Source: an uncultured bacterium (lineage in GTDB: Bacteria > Patescibacteriota > Minisyncoccia > Phycocordibacterales > PALSA-1337). From it: a stretch of DNA of 64,000 bases. This document shows, piece after piece, positions 1 through 12,302 of this stretch. Made by a program: the position numbers and the translations under genes. The stretch is from positions 65,078 to 129,077 of the forward strand of contig CAIMDG010000002.1 of NCBI GenBank assembly GCA_903839725.1. Direction: 5' to 3'. Positions within the stretch are counted from its first letter, which is position 1. Each line of letters starts with the position of its first letter. The notes beneath the pieces were generated by a model. That model saw only the letters and a program-made list of their open reading frames with translations. It was not told the origin of the DNA and did not search any database.

Positions 1-1
1 T

Positions 2-919
2 GTTCACTGCAAAGTGAATACCAGTGACTGTGAAATCTGTATGCCCTTTGGTGACAAGATACCTTTTGAGTATGTGAAAGTAGTGAAAGCTGTGGGAAAC
101 GCCGCAAACGCAGCTGTCGCATCAGCTCGTCTCGGTTTGAAAGCGGCTCTTGTTACACATATTGGCGATGATCAAAATGGTAAAGATTCTTTGGTAGAAC
201 TTCACAAAAACAATGTCAGTACTTCGTATGTAACAATACAAAAAGGAAAACCGACAAATTATCATTTTGTATTGTGGTATGACATCGATCGTACTATTCT
301 TGTACATCATACCGACTATGAATATGCATTTCCAAAAATTGCAGAACCAAAGTGGATATATCTTACATCTTTGAGTAGTACTACATTCCCCTATCATATG
401 GCGATTGCTGATTATCTTGATGCACACCCAGGCGTTCGTCTCGCATTCCAGCCAGGAACATTTCAGATCAAACTTGGTTTAGAAGAATTGAAACGTATAT
501 ACCAACATACGGATGTGTTCATTGTGAACCTCGAAGAAGCACAACGTATTCTCGGAAGTAACTCGCGAGACGTCAAAGCACTTCTCAAAGGTCTTGCTAA
601 CCAGGGACCAAAATTAGTCCTTATTACTGATGCAGCAAAAGGCGCATACATGTTTGATGGTGACCATTATTATTTCATGCCTATATATCCTGATCCAAAA
701 CCTCCCTTCGAACGCACAGGATGTGGTGATGCATTCGCATCAACATTCATGGCGGCTCTCTGTATGGGAAAATCTCCACTTGAGGCTCTCGTATGGGCAC
801 CAGTCAACCCAATGTCAGTTGCTCAATTCATCGGTTCACAAGAAGGACTACTTACTGAACAACAAATAGAATGGTGGCTCAAAAGAGCACCAGCTGACTA
901 CAGACCCAAGGAAATCTAG
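2..919 (+). CDS. PfkB/ribokinase-family carbohydrate kinase, 5'-partial (frame open to the window edge)
   Basis: GNAANAAVASARLG and C-terminal RTGCGDAF PfkB signatures. Confidence 0.9.
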   Translation, partial: VHCKVNTSDCEICMPFGDKIPFEYVKVVKAVGNAANAAVASARLGLKAALVTHIGDDQNGKDSLVELHKNNVSTSYVTIQKGKPTNYHFVLWYDIDRTILVHHTDYEYAFPKIAEPKWIYLTSLSSTTFPYHMAIADYLDAHPGVRLAFQPGTFQIKLGLEELKRIYQHTDVFIVNLEEAQRILGSNSRDVKALLKGLANQGPKLVLITDAAKGAYMFDGDHYYFMPIYPDPKPPFERTGCGDAFASTFMAALCMGKSPLEALVWAPVNPMSVAQFIGSQEGLLTEQQIEWWLKRAPADYRPKEI

Positions 920-1611
920 TTAATATTTCTCCACCACTCTGAGACAGGAGCTTTCTCGATAACTTCGAGAACATATTCAACAGAATCTGTTATTTTGACC
1001 AATTCAAGATCATGAGGATCGATCGTATGATATTCAGCGAGCATTTTTTCTTGTAACATCTGCAAGAAACCATTCCAGAATTTTGAATCAAACAACACAA
1101 TCGGTACGCGAGGAATTTTCCCTGTCTGTATCAACGTAAGTACACTGAACAATTCATCAAATGTTCCAAATCCTCCTGGAAAAAATACATATGTCTCCGC
1201 AGCGAATGTCAGCATTGTTTTTCGAGAAAAGAAATAACTAAATTTCATTGAATCAGTTGCTGCACCATTGATATGGTGTTCGTGAGGCAAACTGATATTC
1301 AATCCAACTGACTGTCCATGAGCTTCTGCAGCACCTTTGTTGGCTGCTTCCATAACTCCAGGTCCTCCGCCGGTAATAACTGCATATTTCAATTCCTTGG
1401 CAATACGTGTACCGAGCTCATGTGCACTCTTATATGTCTGACTATCCGGAGCAACCAATGACGAACCGAATATCGTAACTGACTTTGGATATTTTCGTAC
1501 AAATGCAAAACCTTCTTTGAATTCTCTATTGATACGTTCGAGGTGTGTTTCAATTTCATCGCCGTGAATATCTCGTCGCGAAAAGAAGTGGGGATTTTTT
1601 TGATTGTTCAT
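916..1611 (-). CDS. LOG family (TIGR00730) Rossmann-fold protein
   Basis: ITGGGPGVMEAANKGA and PGGFGTFDELF motifs; start moved to MNNQK (TATAAT 6 nt upstream), because the longer ORF runs into a repeat. Confidence 0.88.
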   Translation of the reverse strand: MNNQKNPHFFSRRDIHGDEIETHLERINREFKEGFAFVRKYPKSVTIFGSSLVAPDSQTYKSAHELGTRIAKELKYAVITGGGPGVMEAANKGAAEAHGQSVGLNISLPHEHHINGAATDSMKFSYFFSRKTMLTFAAETYVFFPGGFGTFDELFSVLTLIQTGKIPRVPIVLFDSKFWNGFLQMLQEKMLAEYHTIDPHDLELVKITDSVEYVLEVIEKAPVSEWWRNIN

Positions 1612-1650
1612 GGATTGATTATAACTGAGGAATGCATAATTTAAAACTAG

Positions 1651-3042
<1,392 letters not shown>

Positions 3043-3133
3043 AGCTCGTGATTAAGTATTTGACATATAAAATAATTAATGGCAATATGATTTAAAACAA
3101 TATTGCTCTTTGAATTTGAGCAAGGAAGGAAAC

Positions 3134-3913
3134 ATGCTAAGCAAAATTGCAGCTGATAATCTCAAAAAAGACGGAAAAGTTTTAGGTGAGAAATGGTTTC
3201 AGACTTACGGCGGTTGGTTCTCTGACCGTGAGAACATGCAAATATTTACCGATTCGATAATCCGTGGTTGTAGCCTCAGAGCTCAACATGATCTTGAAAT
3301 ATTATATGTAGGATCTGCTTCCGGCGAACTCGGCGAACAGTTTGTTCGTGCACTTGGTGGAGGCCATCTTACACTTGTTGATGTGGCCGAGGAACATCTT
3401 AAACTTAATACAAATCCAGCAACAACCAAATTGTGCATGGATGTCCTCGGAATGAATCTCAACAAAAAGTTTGACATTGTCATGATGCGGAGTTTCCTTG
3501 ATTACTTTCCCACAATGAATGAACAAATCGCAGTTCTTAAGGTAGTCAAAGAACACCTACGACCGGGCGGATTGTTTATTAATCAACCAGCATCTATTCC
3601 CACAGCGCACGCGCGAAATGTAATCAGTCGAGCATATTGTAGTGTGCCCAATATTGGCAAACGTTTATTTCAAAGCTGGGACATTGGACACTTATATGCA
3701 AGTGCAGGACTCGGTGGTGCCCCGTTTATATACGGAGATGGCAAAATTATGCGCATCACCGAACAAGATCACATCGCACGTTATGCCATTACACCTACTG
3801 ACATTGTTACCCTGCAGACAATATTAAAAGACGCCGAACGTTCAGTAGAGATAACAAAAAATGGTTACACCCTCTCGTTCGAATTCCCAATCCTTGCAAA
3901 GTTCGTCCAATAA
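3134..3913 (+). CDS. Class I SAM-dependent methyltransferase-like protein
   Basis: ILYVGSASG motif I, FDIVMM, HLRPGGLF; own TTGACA promoter near 3060 and terminator near 3933. Confidence 0.7.
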   Translation: MLSKIAADNLKKDGKVLGEKWFQTYGGWFSDRENMQIFTDSIIRGCSLRAQHDLEILYVGSASGELGEQFVRALGGGHLTLVDVAEEHLKLNTNPATTKLCMDVLGMNLNKKFDIVMMRSFLDYFPTMNEQIAVLKVVKEHLRPGGLFINQPASIPTAHARNVISRAYCSVPNIGKRLFQSWDIGHLYASAGLGGAPFIYGDGKIMRITEQDHIARYAITPTDIVTLQTILKDAERSVEITKNGYTLSFEFPILAKFVQ

Positions 3914-3932
3914 CATTCACTTGATTATCCAT

Positions 3933-3963
3933 ACCCGCCAGTTGCTTGGCGGGGTTTTTATTT
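3933..3963 (+). terminator. Intrinsic terminator
   Basis: CCCGCCA-loop-TGGCGGG followed by a T tract. Confidence 0.7.
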
Positions 3964-4006
3964 AATTATATGAGCCTTTTTGACTTCCTTGTGCTAGCAT
4001 GTCCCT

Positions 4007-5272
4007 ATGAAAGAAACAGCTGAGACCCTATACGACGTGGCCGTGATCGGTGGTGGACCCGCTGGCATGATGGCAGCTGGACGAGCAGCAGAGCGTGGCT
4101 TGAATGTTATCCTACTTGAAAAGAATACTTCTCTCGGCAAAAAGCTCCTCATCAGTGGTGGTGGAAGATGCAATCTCACCAACGCAGAGCCTGATGTACG
4201 CGCATTTCTCTCAAAATTCAAAGATGATGGTAAATTTCTTTTCTCTACATTTTCACAGCACAGTGTAAAAGACACACTCGAATTTTTCAGTAATCGATTC
4301 ATGGAAACAAAAGTCGAAGAAGGTAAACGTGTCTTCCCTGTCAGTGATTCTGCACAATCAGTATTCGACGTCCTCATTTCATACATGAAAGCAGGCAAAG
4401 TCACCGTACGCTCAAATGCTCCTGTTACCGGATTTATACAACACACAGACAAAACTATTACGGGTGTGCAACTCAAGAATGGTGAAGTTATCAAAGCCAA
4501 GAATTTTATTCTCGCAACTGGTGGTAAATCTCACCCTGAAACTGGTTCCACTGGCGAAGGATTCAACTGGCTCACTAAAATTGGCCATACTATTTCAGAA
4601 CCAAAGGCAGCATTGGTACCTATAGAAGTTCGTGATCAATGGGTCAAAGAGATTTCTGGTGTCTCAATACCAAATGCGAAAATTACCCTCTACCAAAATG
4701 GAGCGAAACAAGCAACAAAAAAAGGTAAAATTTTGTTCACACACTTTGGTCTATCAGGACCAGCCATACTCAACATGTCTTCAGAAGTCGAAGATCTCAT
4801 GAAGTATGGCGAAGTCGTTATCTCTCTCGACCTTCTTCCTGAACATGATTATGCAACCTTGAATGAAGCACTACAAAACCTATTCACAAAAGATAGTAAT
4901 AAGAAATTCAAGAACAGTATTGGTTCACTCATACCTACAGCATTCATTGACGTTGTTGTGCAGCGTTCTCTCATCAATCCCGAAACCCCCAACCACAGTA
5001 TCACTCGACAGGAACGTCTCGACTTGGTGAAACTTCTCAAGGACATGCATATTCACCCAACCAAGTTGCTCGGTGTCGACAAAGCAATCATTACCTCTGG
5101 TGGTGTTACATTGACTGAAGTTGATTTTAAAACGATGAAAAGTCTTGTCACACCTAACTTATATCTTATCGGTGATGTCTTGAATATAGATCGACCATCA
5201 GGTGGATATAGTCTACAAATTTGTTGGAGTACAGGATGGGTTGCCGGAAATGCTATTCCTATCTCAAAATAG
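4007..5272 (+). CDS. HI0933/BaiN-family FAD-dependent oxidoreductase
   Basis: GGGPAGMMAA, GKKLLISGGGRCNLTN, LFTHFGLSGP and GGYSLQ motifs. Confidence 0.92.
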   Translation: MKETAETLYDVAVIGGGPAGMMAAGRAAERGLNVILLEKNTSLGKKLLISGGGRCNLTNAEPDVRAFLSKFKDDGKFLFSTFSQHSVKDTLEFFSNRFMETKVEEGKRVFPVSDSAQSVFDVLISYMKAGKVTVRSNAPVTGFIQHTDKTITGVQLKNGEVIKAKNFILATGGKSHPETGSTGEGFNWLTKIGHTISEPKAALVPIEVRDQWVKEISGVSIPNAKITLYQNGAKQATKKGKILFTHFGLSGPAILNMSSEVEDLMKYGEVVISLDLLPEHDYATLNEALQNLFTKDSNKKFKNSIGSLIPTAFIDVVVQRSLINPETPNHSITRQERLDLVKLLKDMHIHPTKLLGVDKAIITSGGVTLTEVDFKTMKSLVTPNLYLIGDVLNIDRPSGGYSLQICWSTGWVAGNAIPISK

Positions 5273-5308
5273 GTCCATCTATCGCTCTCAAACGAGTGTA
5301 TAAACCAG

Positions 5309-5337
5309 TTGACACAAGTGTTCTGCAGTAGTACTAT
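5309..5337 (+). promoter_or_regulatory. Sigma70-type promoter of the orphan gene at 5412
   Basis: TTGACA-N17-TACTAT. Confidence 0.65.
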
Positions 5338-5411
5338 TCTCAACTGAACGCCATCCATATGTTTGGATGTCTAGGTTTGCAGAGCACAAAACAATCGAAC
5401 ACTGAACGACA

Positions 5412-5762
5412 ATGAAAAAAAATAAAGGGACGAGCATCCCTGCAGTAGGACCAGAAATTCTGGCCCATAAAACCGCAACAAGTCCGCTGCGCCGGAAGAT
5501 TGAAGAGGAAATCCTCGAAATCCAACGGAGCAACGACACTCAAGTCCACCATTTGAAGCTCCGGTATCGTAACCGGAACATCATGGTCAAGATCACCCGT
5601 TCCATCCCACTGTTCATTGTGGATGCGAAACGCGAAATTTTTCTCATCATTATCCGCACGGCCCAGAAAATATCCAACGGCTGTGGGAAATTGGTGGAGG
5701 TTGTCCGCACCTTCAAGGCCCGCGAAATCGCGCGTCTGACCATGGTTGCGACGGCCGCCTGA
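5412..5762 (+). CDS. Hypothetical basic protein
   Basis: 116-aa ORF between a consensus promoter and a terminator hairpin (CCGCCAG..CTGGCGG near 5782-5806). Confidence 0.6.
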   Translation: MKKNKGTSIPAVGPEILAHKTATSPLRRKIEEEILEIQRSNDTQVHHLKLRYRNRNIMVKITRSIPLFIVDAKREIFLIIIRTAQKISNGCGKLVEVVRTFKAREIARLTMVATAA

Positions 5763-5819
5763 AAATACCTTTTGAACAACACCCGCCAGCGCAAATGCAC
5801 TGGCGGACTTCTTTTTATA

Positions 5820-7787
5820 CTAATATGGATCCTCTTCCACCTCTTTCTTTGTATCTACTTTTTCAGCACTAGAAGTCTTTTTGATATATCCCAGCAATAC
5901 GCGTGCCAAACGAATATCTCTAAATGAAACACTTGCTCCAACCTTATTTTTTACTGGAGAAAGTAATGGTGGTTTATCGTCTTGCTGAGCAAGTGAGACG
6001 GTCTCCAAAGCTTTTTCAATTTTACCAAAATGCTGTGGCGAAATTTCATATTTGAGATACGCGATGTCTGATTGCATGAGATGCTCTGTAGGATCTGATC
6101 CATCAGTAGCTATGAGATATTCGAGGTGATATATAATAGTTTCAATGACCATGTCACGCGCCTCAGCCATCTCTTTGAGATTTTTCTGTGAACGAACAAG
6201 ATTGGCAGTACGAGCAAATGTTGAGATCTTAACTGGCTTTTCTTTTTTGATACGTTTGCGTGTGGTCTTACCTGTCTTCGGATCCACATACGAGTGCATC
6301 GGTGCAACTTTACCCAAAAATGATTCATGCGCACGGATAATTTCTTTTTCATCTGTATGAGTAATGATACTTTCTGCTTTTGCAGATAATTCACGAAGAT
6401 GGTGATCGTATTCGAGCACTTCATGATTGACCTTGAGTGCATGTTGATTGAGTCCGAGAATTCGTAGGCCAGCTAACGTACGTACGCGAGACAATGCCAC
6501 ATACCCCATACCAGGCTCGAATGAACGAGACAGGTCGACTTCTATTGCATCCAAACTCATTCCCTGACTCTTGTGGACGGTGATAGCCCACGCAAGGCGT
6601 AGCGGATACTGATGTATTTCCGCCAAGACTTTACCATCATCTTCTATCTGCCACGTTGCTAATTCGATGGTTAACAATCTACCATCTGGAAAATCAGGTG
6701 TTGCCGCGGTTCGAATAACTGGATCAACTCCATATCCGCAGGAAATGATGACGCCGAGCGTTCCATTCACGTATCCTTTTTCAAAATTGTTTTTGACACA
6801 CATCACGCGTGCACCTTTTTTCAAGCGTAACTTTTCAGGTGCTAAACAGGTTTTTTTAAGAGTTTCAACGAGCGGTTTTCGTCCTCGAGAAGTCATTTCG
6901 TAGACGCATTCGTATGCCTTGACTTTACCGAGTTCACGATCGTTCACGGTGTCGACATCGATATTGTGAGTGTAGAGGCGGGTGGGTTCGATGAGGGTTT
7001 CTTCAATATTGAGATCAATTATTTCTTCAGTGTCGTCAGAGGTAACAACACCGTCGCCTCTCGAGCCGTACAATATGTCTTCGTTCTGCAAAGTCGACAT
7101 ATTGTCCAGCTCTGCAGCGACGGCTGACGTTAACTGAGAAGACGCCAGCTTGGAAACTTCTTTTTTAAACCGGCCTCTCAATAGCTCCTGGGAACGCTCG
7201 GAAACTTCTCCTGAACGGATCTCATTTAAAATAGAGAGTGAGACATCGTCACCTTGTCGATAATTTTCTGAGAGGTAACACACAGCAAATTTACCTTGTT
7301 TCCACGAATCAGCATGATAGATGAATTGTGGTCGCTGTTCACCCATTCTCGACACTGGCGGTAATTGAAAGAAGTCGCCACATAATATCATTTGTATTCC
7401 ACCAAATGGTTCGGATGATTTACGAACGCGTTTGAGCACTTGATCAACGAGGTCAAGTCGGAAATGGTGAAGCATTGAAACTTCGTCGATAATCAATACT
7501 TGAGCTTCTTCTATTTTCTTACGTACACTCGCCTTTTGACTGATAGCTTCAACGTCATCCTCTGAAAGATAGTCTTTGATACCAATTCCTGACCATGAAT
7601 GAATAGTCACTCCACCCATATGAGTCGCAGCAATACCGGTAGATGCGGTGATACCTATAGGAACCTCGTGATCTTTCAAATATCTGATGTACTGATTGAC
7701 TACGAATGTCTTACCAGATCCTGCGGGGCCTGTAATGAAGACATTTTGTCCAGCTTTAAGAATATTCAGTGCATCTTTCTGAGTCAT
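5820..7787 (-). CDS. PIF1-family SF1B DNA helicase with C-terminal HTH domain
   Basis: GPAGSGKT, IIDEVSM, GDFFQLPPV, QYPLRLAWAITVHKSQG, YVALSR. Confidence 0.92.
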   Translation of the reverse strand: MTQKDALNILKAGQNVFITGPAGSGKTFVVNQYIRYLKDHEVPIGITASTGIAATHMGGVTIHSWSGIGIKDYLSEDDVEAISQKASVRKKIEEAQVLIIDEVSMLHHFRLDLVDQVLKRVRKSSEPFGGIQMILCGDFFQLPPVSRMGEQRPQFIYHADSWKQGKFAVCYLSENYRQGDDVSLSILNEIRSGEVSERSQELLRGRFKKEVSKLASSQLTSAVAAELDNMSTLQNEDILYGSRGDGVVTSDDTEEIIDLNIEETLIEPTRLYTHNIDVDTVNDRELGKVKAYECVYEMTSRGRKPLVETLKKTCLAPEKLRLKKGARVMCVKNNFEKGYVNGTLGVIISCGYGVDPVIRTAATPDFPDGRLLTIELATWQIEDDGKVLAEIHQYPLRLAWAITVHKSQGMSLDAIEVDLSRSFEPGMGYVALSRVRTLAGLRILGLNQHALKVNHEVLEYDHHLRELSAKAESIITHTDEKEIIRAHESFLGKVAPMHSYVDPKTGKTTRKRIKKEKPVKISTFARTANLVRSQKNLKEMAEARDMVIETIIYHLEYLIATDGSDPTEHLMQSDIAYLKYEISPQHFGKIEKALETVSLAQQDDKPPLLSPVKNKVGASVSFRDIRLARVLLGYIKKTSSAEKVDTKKEVEEDPY

Positions 7788-7965
7788 GGAGAGATTTTAC
7801 ACTACTTCTCAATAATCACCGCAAAAAATACGTGTACAAGCTGTTGATTGTATTACTCCATACAAAATACATACCATCAACTGCACCAAACTATTCTTCT
7901 CAAACGTAGTTATAGTAGTCGAATGATTATAAGATATTAATGAATATAACCTACACAATTAACCT

Positions 7966-8562
7966 ATGAAAACTTACAAACGCACACGTATTATCGCTAG
8001 TTTAGCTCTTTTGAGTTCACTTACCCTTACTGGAGTTACTTTTGCTGCCACTGACGTACATCCAACAAAAACAAATAGCTCAATATCACGAAGTATTGGA
8101 GCACGTAGTATGAAATCGCGCACAGCAACAAGTACACAAACGTTCAGGAAACGTGAAAATGCTTCGAGTACTCCCCAATTTAGCCACAGATCAGCAACAA
8201 GCACTCCTACAGTTGTTGGTACAGTTACTGCAGTCACTGGCAATAGCTTTACCGTAGTTCGTGCCGGTCGTCCTCAATTCACAATCAATTCAAGAGGTAA
8301 AAGTGCTTCAACAACACCTGCAAGGATAATTCCTGCAACAGCAACAACAACATTTACTGTCAACGTAACAAGTGGTACCACCTATATGAAAAATGGAAAA
8401 CTTGATTCATTGACTGATGTTACTGTTGGATCATTTGTCGCTATTACAGGAACACTTGATACAAATACCAATACCATCACTGCTCTTGGTGTTCATCTCA
8501 CAGACAAACCATCAAAAGCTCTCAAAAACGGTTCCACCAAAATCAAAGGAGCGAAAAAATAG
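7966..8562 (+). CDS. Secreted Thr/Ser-rich protein with DUF5666-like beta domain
   Basis: Signal peptide ending VTFA; VGTVTAVTGNSFTV and LTDVTVGSFVAITG pattern. Confidence 0.7.
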   Translation: MKTYKRTRIIASLALLSSLTLTGVTFAATDVHPTKTNSSISRSIGARSMKSRTATSTQTFRKRENASSTPQFSHRSATSTPTVVGTVTAVTGNSFTVVRAGRPQFTINSRGKSASTTPARIIPATATTTFTVNVTSGTTYMKNGKLDSLTDVTVGSFVAITGTLDTNTNTITALGVHLTDKPSKALKNGSTKIKGAKK

Positions 8563-8591
8563 CAAACCAAAAAACTTATAATGTTCCACGT

Positions 8592-8711
8592 CGTAGAGGA
8601 GGGGGTGCCATATTCATTTTTTGTACAAGTTTGTAAACACTGTGGTACGCGATGTAATGTAAGTGTTTCTAAACTTGTACAAAAAATGAATATGGCACCC
8701 CCTCCTCTACG
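8592..8711 (-). repeat. Hairpin family 1, copy A: 41-bp perfect arms, 38-nt conserved loop; outer 18-bp IR at 8556-8573/8731-8748
   Basis: Arms 8592-8632 and 8671-8711 are exact reverse complements; the loop's reverse complement matches the loops at 48105 and 53566. Confidence 0.95.
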
Positions 8712-8773
8712 CGTGTTTGACAATGAATCATTTTTGGTTTGCTATTTTAGCGCTTAAATGCTAGAGTATTTTC

Positions 8774-9823
8774 ATGGAAAAATTCGCCCCACGATCAAAT
8801 TCTAAGTTTGTCCCAAAATTTGTGCGCAACTCGCACAAGAAGAGTTTTGGCAAAAAAGTCTTTAGTACCAGCATTCCTGGCACATCAGCAACCTCATCAC
8901 GACCAGCTCGTCCTGCAGGAAGTGCATTCAAACCTTTCAATAAAGCAGGTGGTTCATTCAAGCCATATAACAAAGACAAAGCACCATTCAAAGCTGAAAA
9001 TAAGGAGGCGGGCTCATTCAAGCCGACCAATTTCAAAAGTGGCCCCAAGAAATTTGGCCGACAACCTAGACCTGCTCGTATCAAAACAAAAGCACCAGGT
9101 CCATCCCCTATTCCCACTGCTGATCCATATGCATTCCCTATGCGCATCAACAAATATCTTGCATTCAAAGGATTCGCAACACGTCGCGGTGCCGATGAAT
9201 TGATCACCAAAAGACGTGTCACTATCAATGGTAGTTATGCAGTACTCGGTGATCGTGTTGAAGAGTCGGATGTCGTTGAAGTCAACAATCACAAAAAGAT
9301 AGAGTCGTATGTTTATTACGCCTACAATAAACCAAGTGGCATTTCTACCGATGAAACACGCAAAGGTACGCCAAGTATTGCTCAGTCTATTTCTCTCCGT
9401 GGAGTATTTTCTGTAGGACACCTCGACACCAAAGCAAATGGCCTCATGATACTCACCAACGATCGCCGTGTTTCAAGTCGCCTTTTTAACAATGGACATG
9501 AACATGACGCTGAATATGTCATCCGTTCAATTACTCCATTCCGTAATAATTTCAAAGAAAAGATGGCTGAGGGAGTACATATCGGTGGACATGTCGTCGC
9601 TCGTGCTTCAGTCAAAATAGAAGATCCTCATCTTTGCTCGCTCATTACCACTGATGCAGGAAACCACATCCGCCAGATGTGTGCGACACTTTTCGCTGAA
9701 ATCGAACAACTTACTCGTACTCGTATTTTGAATATTAAGCTTGATCGTTTGCAATCAAATGCATTTCGTAAAATTGAAGATGATGAATTGAAGGAATTCC
9801 TCGAAGCTCTCGGTTTGCAATAA
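8774..9823 (+). CDS. S4-domain RsuA/RluB/RluF-family pseudouridine synthase with low-complexity N-terminal extension
   Basis: MRINKYLA..TRRGADELI S4 domain, YNKPSG, VGHLD (canonical GRLD), LTND. Confidence 0.85.
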   Translation: MEKFAPRSNSKFVPKFVRNSHKKSFGKKVFSTSIPGTSATSSRPARPAGSAFKPFNKAGGSFKPYNKDKAPFKAENKEAGSFKPTNFKSGPKKFGRQPRPARIKTKAPGPSPIPTADPYAFPMRINKYLAFKGFATRRGADELITKRRVTINGSYAVLGDRVEESDVVEVNNHKKIESYVYYAYNKPSGISTDETRKGTPSIAQSISLRGVFSVGHLDTKANGLMILTNDRRVSSRLFNNGHEHDAEYVIRSITPFRNNFKEKMAEGVHIGGHVVARASVKIEDPHLCSLITTDAGNHIRQMCATLFAEIEQLTRTRILNIKLDRLQSNAFRKIEDDELKEFLEALGLQ

Positions 9824-9899
9824 AAAATACCCTACTCTGGGGTATTCCAAGAAAAAGGGCCTGTCGTGAGACGGGCCCTTTGCGATATGAACGCAAGGT

Positions 9900-10766
9900 T
9901 CAATTGTAAATGCGGAACTTGCCCGCGTCGCCTTCGACCCCGGTCTGCACAGCGAGCATTTCGACTGGGGTGAGGTCGTAGGTTGCAAGTAACCACACAA
10001 TGCCGCGCTTGACGCCGACGACCAAAGGATCGGCCGGGGCAATCGAAACAATAGCATTACGTTGCCACCGTGGCGCATTGGCGATGATAAATACATCATC
10101 GAACAGCTTCTGCTTGGCGCGAATATGGTCGCGAACTGCTTGAGGCATGACGCCTTCATAGCGAGCCGTGATCCAGACGGAATCGAGACGTTGCTCTTCA
10201 CATTCCAGCTGAAACGAACTGACAAGCAGATCGTCAACGAGATGCAATTTGAGCACATCTGGCAATTCTGGTTCAACCTGCATGCTACGTGCCACCGGAT
10301 CCAAAATCGGAACCGTTCGGGCAGTGAAGATATTGCCGGCGAACTGAAGGCCACTCTTGAAGGTGATACGGCAGATCGGCGAATTGATGTTATAGACCGA
10401 GAATGCAGGATACGTTGAATGGGTCTTCCACGACAAGAATTGTGGATTGATTGTCGGGAAGCCGAGAGATGGAGTCAATTCGCGAATGTCCAATTCGTTG
10501 CAGATATTTTTGTGACGCTGCAACAACGAAGTTCTCAGAGATTCCTCGACAGGCAATGTGTCCTGAAGTTTGCCGAAGATCGCATCGCGCTGCATAACGA
10601 GACGCTCGATGCTTTCGGGACTTAGTTCACGTTCGGTCATGAACCGTGCTTGCGTTGCCGCAAGAGGGACAGCGAGTTCTGGTCTGAGTCCTTCGGGCCA
10701 CATGCCCAAAACGAGACGCTCATGCAAAAGACGCGGAATGAGTAACGATGGTGTTTGATTTGTCAT
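9900..10766 (-). CDS. Hypothetical protein
   Basis: 288-aa ORF from MTNQTP; hairpin AAGGGCC..GGGCCCTT downstream near 9855-9880. Confidence 0.65.
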   Translation of the reverse strand: MTNQTPSLLIPRLLHERLVLGMWPEGLRPELAVPLAATQARFMTERELSPESIERLVMQRDAIFGKLQDTLPVEESLRTSLLQRHKNICNELDIRELTPSLGFPTINPQFLSWKTHSTYPAFSVYNINSPICRITFKSGLQFAGNIFTARTVPILDPVARSMQVEPELPDVLKLHLVDDLLVSSFQLECEEQRLDSVWITARYEGVMPQAVRDHIRAKQKLFDDVFIIANAPRWQRNAIVSIAPADPLVVGVKRGIVWLLATYDLTPVEMLAVQTGVEGDAGKFRIYN

Positions 10767-10958
10767 GGTGTTACTTCTCCCTTCTTTACAGAGTCTGACA
10801 ACCGGAATGATTGTAAGGCCTGTATTTACTATAATTTTACTCCTCTCAATTTTGTAAAGCCACTCAAAAGGGTGATAACTTTTATCACTAGCTACCCATC
10901 CTCGGCGCACTTCGGAAAGTTGTGCTGCACGGGGGCAAATCTCTCCTTGCTACAATAA

Positions 10959-11210
10959 CTAACCTAGTAGACGTATTTTCTCTTCTCGACTCATCCTCTT
11001 TAACTCACCTTCTCGGGCGCGAACTTTTGAATAAGTCTTATGCTTTTCTGAATATTTCAAAACAACTGGTCTTCTGATTTTTGTGTAGTGCGCACCAGAC
11101 TTCAAATGATTGTGTGCGTGCAAACGTTTCTCAAGGTCGGTAGTAGAACCGACATATAGAGTGGTGTCGGCACATTCGAGAATATATACGTAATAGATTA
11201 TTTTTTTCAT
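10959..11210 (-). CDS. Small GIY-YIG nuclease family protein (UPF0213/YhbQ-like)
   Basis: [30 protein letters not shown]. Confidence 0.9.
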   Translation of the reverse strand: MKKIIYYVYILECADTTLYVGSTTDLEKRLHAHNHLKSGAHYTKIRRPVVLKYSEKHKTYSKVRAREGELKRMSREEKIRLLG

Positions 11211-11211
11211 A

Positions 11212-11634
11212 TTATCCGAGCTTCATACGACGAGCCTGAACATTCAAAGCTTGTCCATTGGGAATTACGCGTTCAACTAATTTCCAGAATGATTCCCCAT
11301 GATGAAGTTCTTTGAGGTGGCACAATTCATGCACAATAATATAATCACGCAATTCTGGAGATAATGTGAGAATGCGATAATTGAAATTAAGATTTTTCTT
11401 TGACGAACAACTTCCCCATCGTCCACGTTGATTGCGAATGCTGACACGATTGTATTTCATGCTCTGTCCCAAAATCGGATCAAGTTTGGTATATTCAGCA
11501 ACAAAATGTGTGAGTCGTTCCATCACAAGTACCCGAGCTGATTCACGATGCAACAAATATTCTTTACGGCCAGACGGCTTGCGTCTGACACGTTGAGTTC
11601 GACGGATTCTTCGGAAGAAAATACGATACGGCAT
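11212..11634 (-). CDS. YgjP/DUF45 (M48-like) metallopeptidase-domain protein
   Basis: [23 protein letters not shown]...FW. Confidence 0.88.
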   Translation of the reverse strand: MPYRIFFRRIRRTQRVRRKPSGRKEYLLHRESARVLVMERLTHFVAEYTKLDPILGQSMKYNRVSIRNQRGRWGSCSSKKNLNFNYRILTLSPELRDYIIVHELCHLKELHHGESFWKLVERVIPNGQALNVQARRMKLG

Positions 11635-11782
11635 AGAGCGATTATAGCAAATTTTTCTTTAGCTACACCTCGAATATTTCCCAAAATACTCGTTTGACGC
11701 ACACCTACCCTAAGTGGTACATTATCAGCCGACCTGTAGTTATTTTGTAACAAACCACAACGCAACGAACCAAAGGAATCAT

Positions 11783-12286
11783 ATGCCCAAAATTGTAACG
11801 GCAGTTGGAATGATGGACTCATCACTTGGCCTCAAATATATTCTCGAGCGCAATGGGGATACGAATTTGTTAACCAATATCCTTACTCAACTCTTGGAAC
11901 ATTCGCAGACCGAAGCCACGGAAGCGATCGCACACATCCTCGCCCACACCAGATTGTTTGGGAAACCTCTCGTTAAACTTGCGGAGAAACACCGCTTTGC
12001 ACAATCTGCCGCTGGCGGCGCCACTGCCAAGGCAACGGTATGGCCTGAAGGGCTCGCGGAACATGACATCCAGCTTTTGGAATCCGTTCCGGAATTGTGT
12101 TACGACGAATCATTGTTTCGCGCCGTTTGCACAGAAATGGAACGTGCCGAACAAGCTGATCTGTGGCTTGACCACATCACCAGCCCAAATACACCGATGA
12201 GCGCGGTGTTGAAAGTTGTTCCCCATCCCTTCCGGCCGATGTTTGCCCAGAAATACGTTGAGCAATTCAAACGAGCGTTTGTCTAA
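11783..12286 (+). CDS. Hypothetical protein
   Basis: ORF from MPKIV with upstream TTGACG..TACATT and a downstream terminator. Confidence 0.6.
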   Translation: MPKIVTAVGMMDSSLGLKYILERNGDTNLLTNILTQLLEHSQTEATEAIAHILAHTRLFGKPLVKLAEKHRFAQSAAGGATAKATVWPEGLAEHDIQLLESVPELCYDESLFRAVCTEMERAEQADLWLDHITSPNTPMSAVLKVVPHPFRPMFAQKYVEQFKRAFV

Positions 12287-12302
12287 CCCGTTTTCACACA
12301 AA

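Noticed and set aside
7020-7170. Acidic insertion in the PIF1 helicase as another palindromic element
   Set aside because: Only weak pairing (TCCAGCT/AGCTTGGA) and no similarity to the other families; it may be a plain linker.
10959-11210. GIY-YIG gene as a homing endonuclease
   Set aside because: It is an 83-aa stand-alone UPF0213-type domain with no DNA-binding extension, intron or tRNA next to it.
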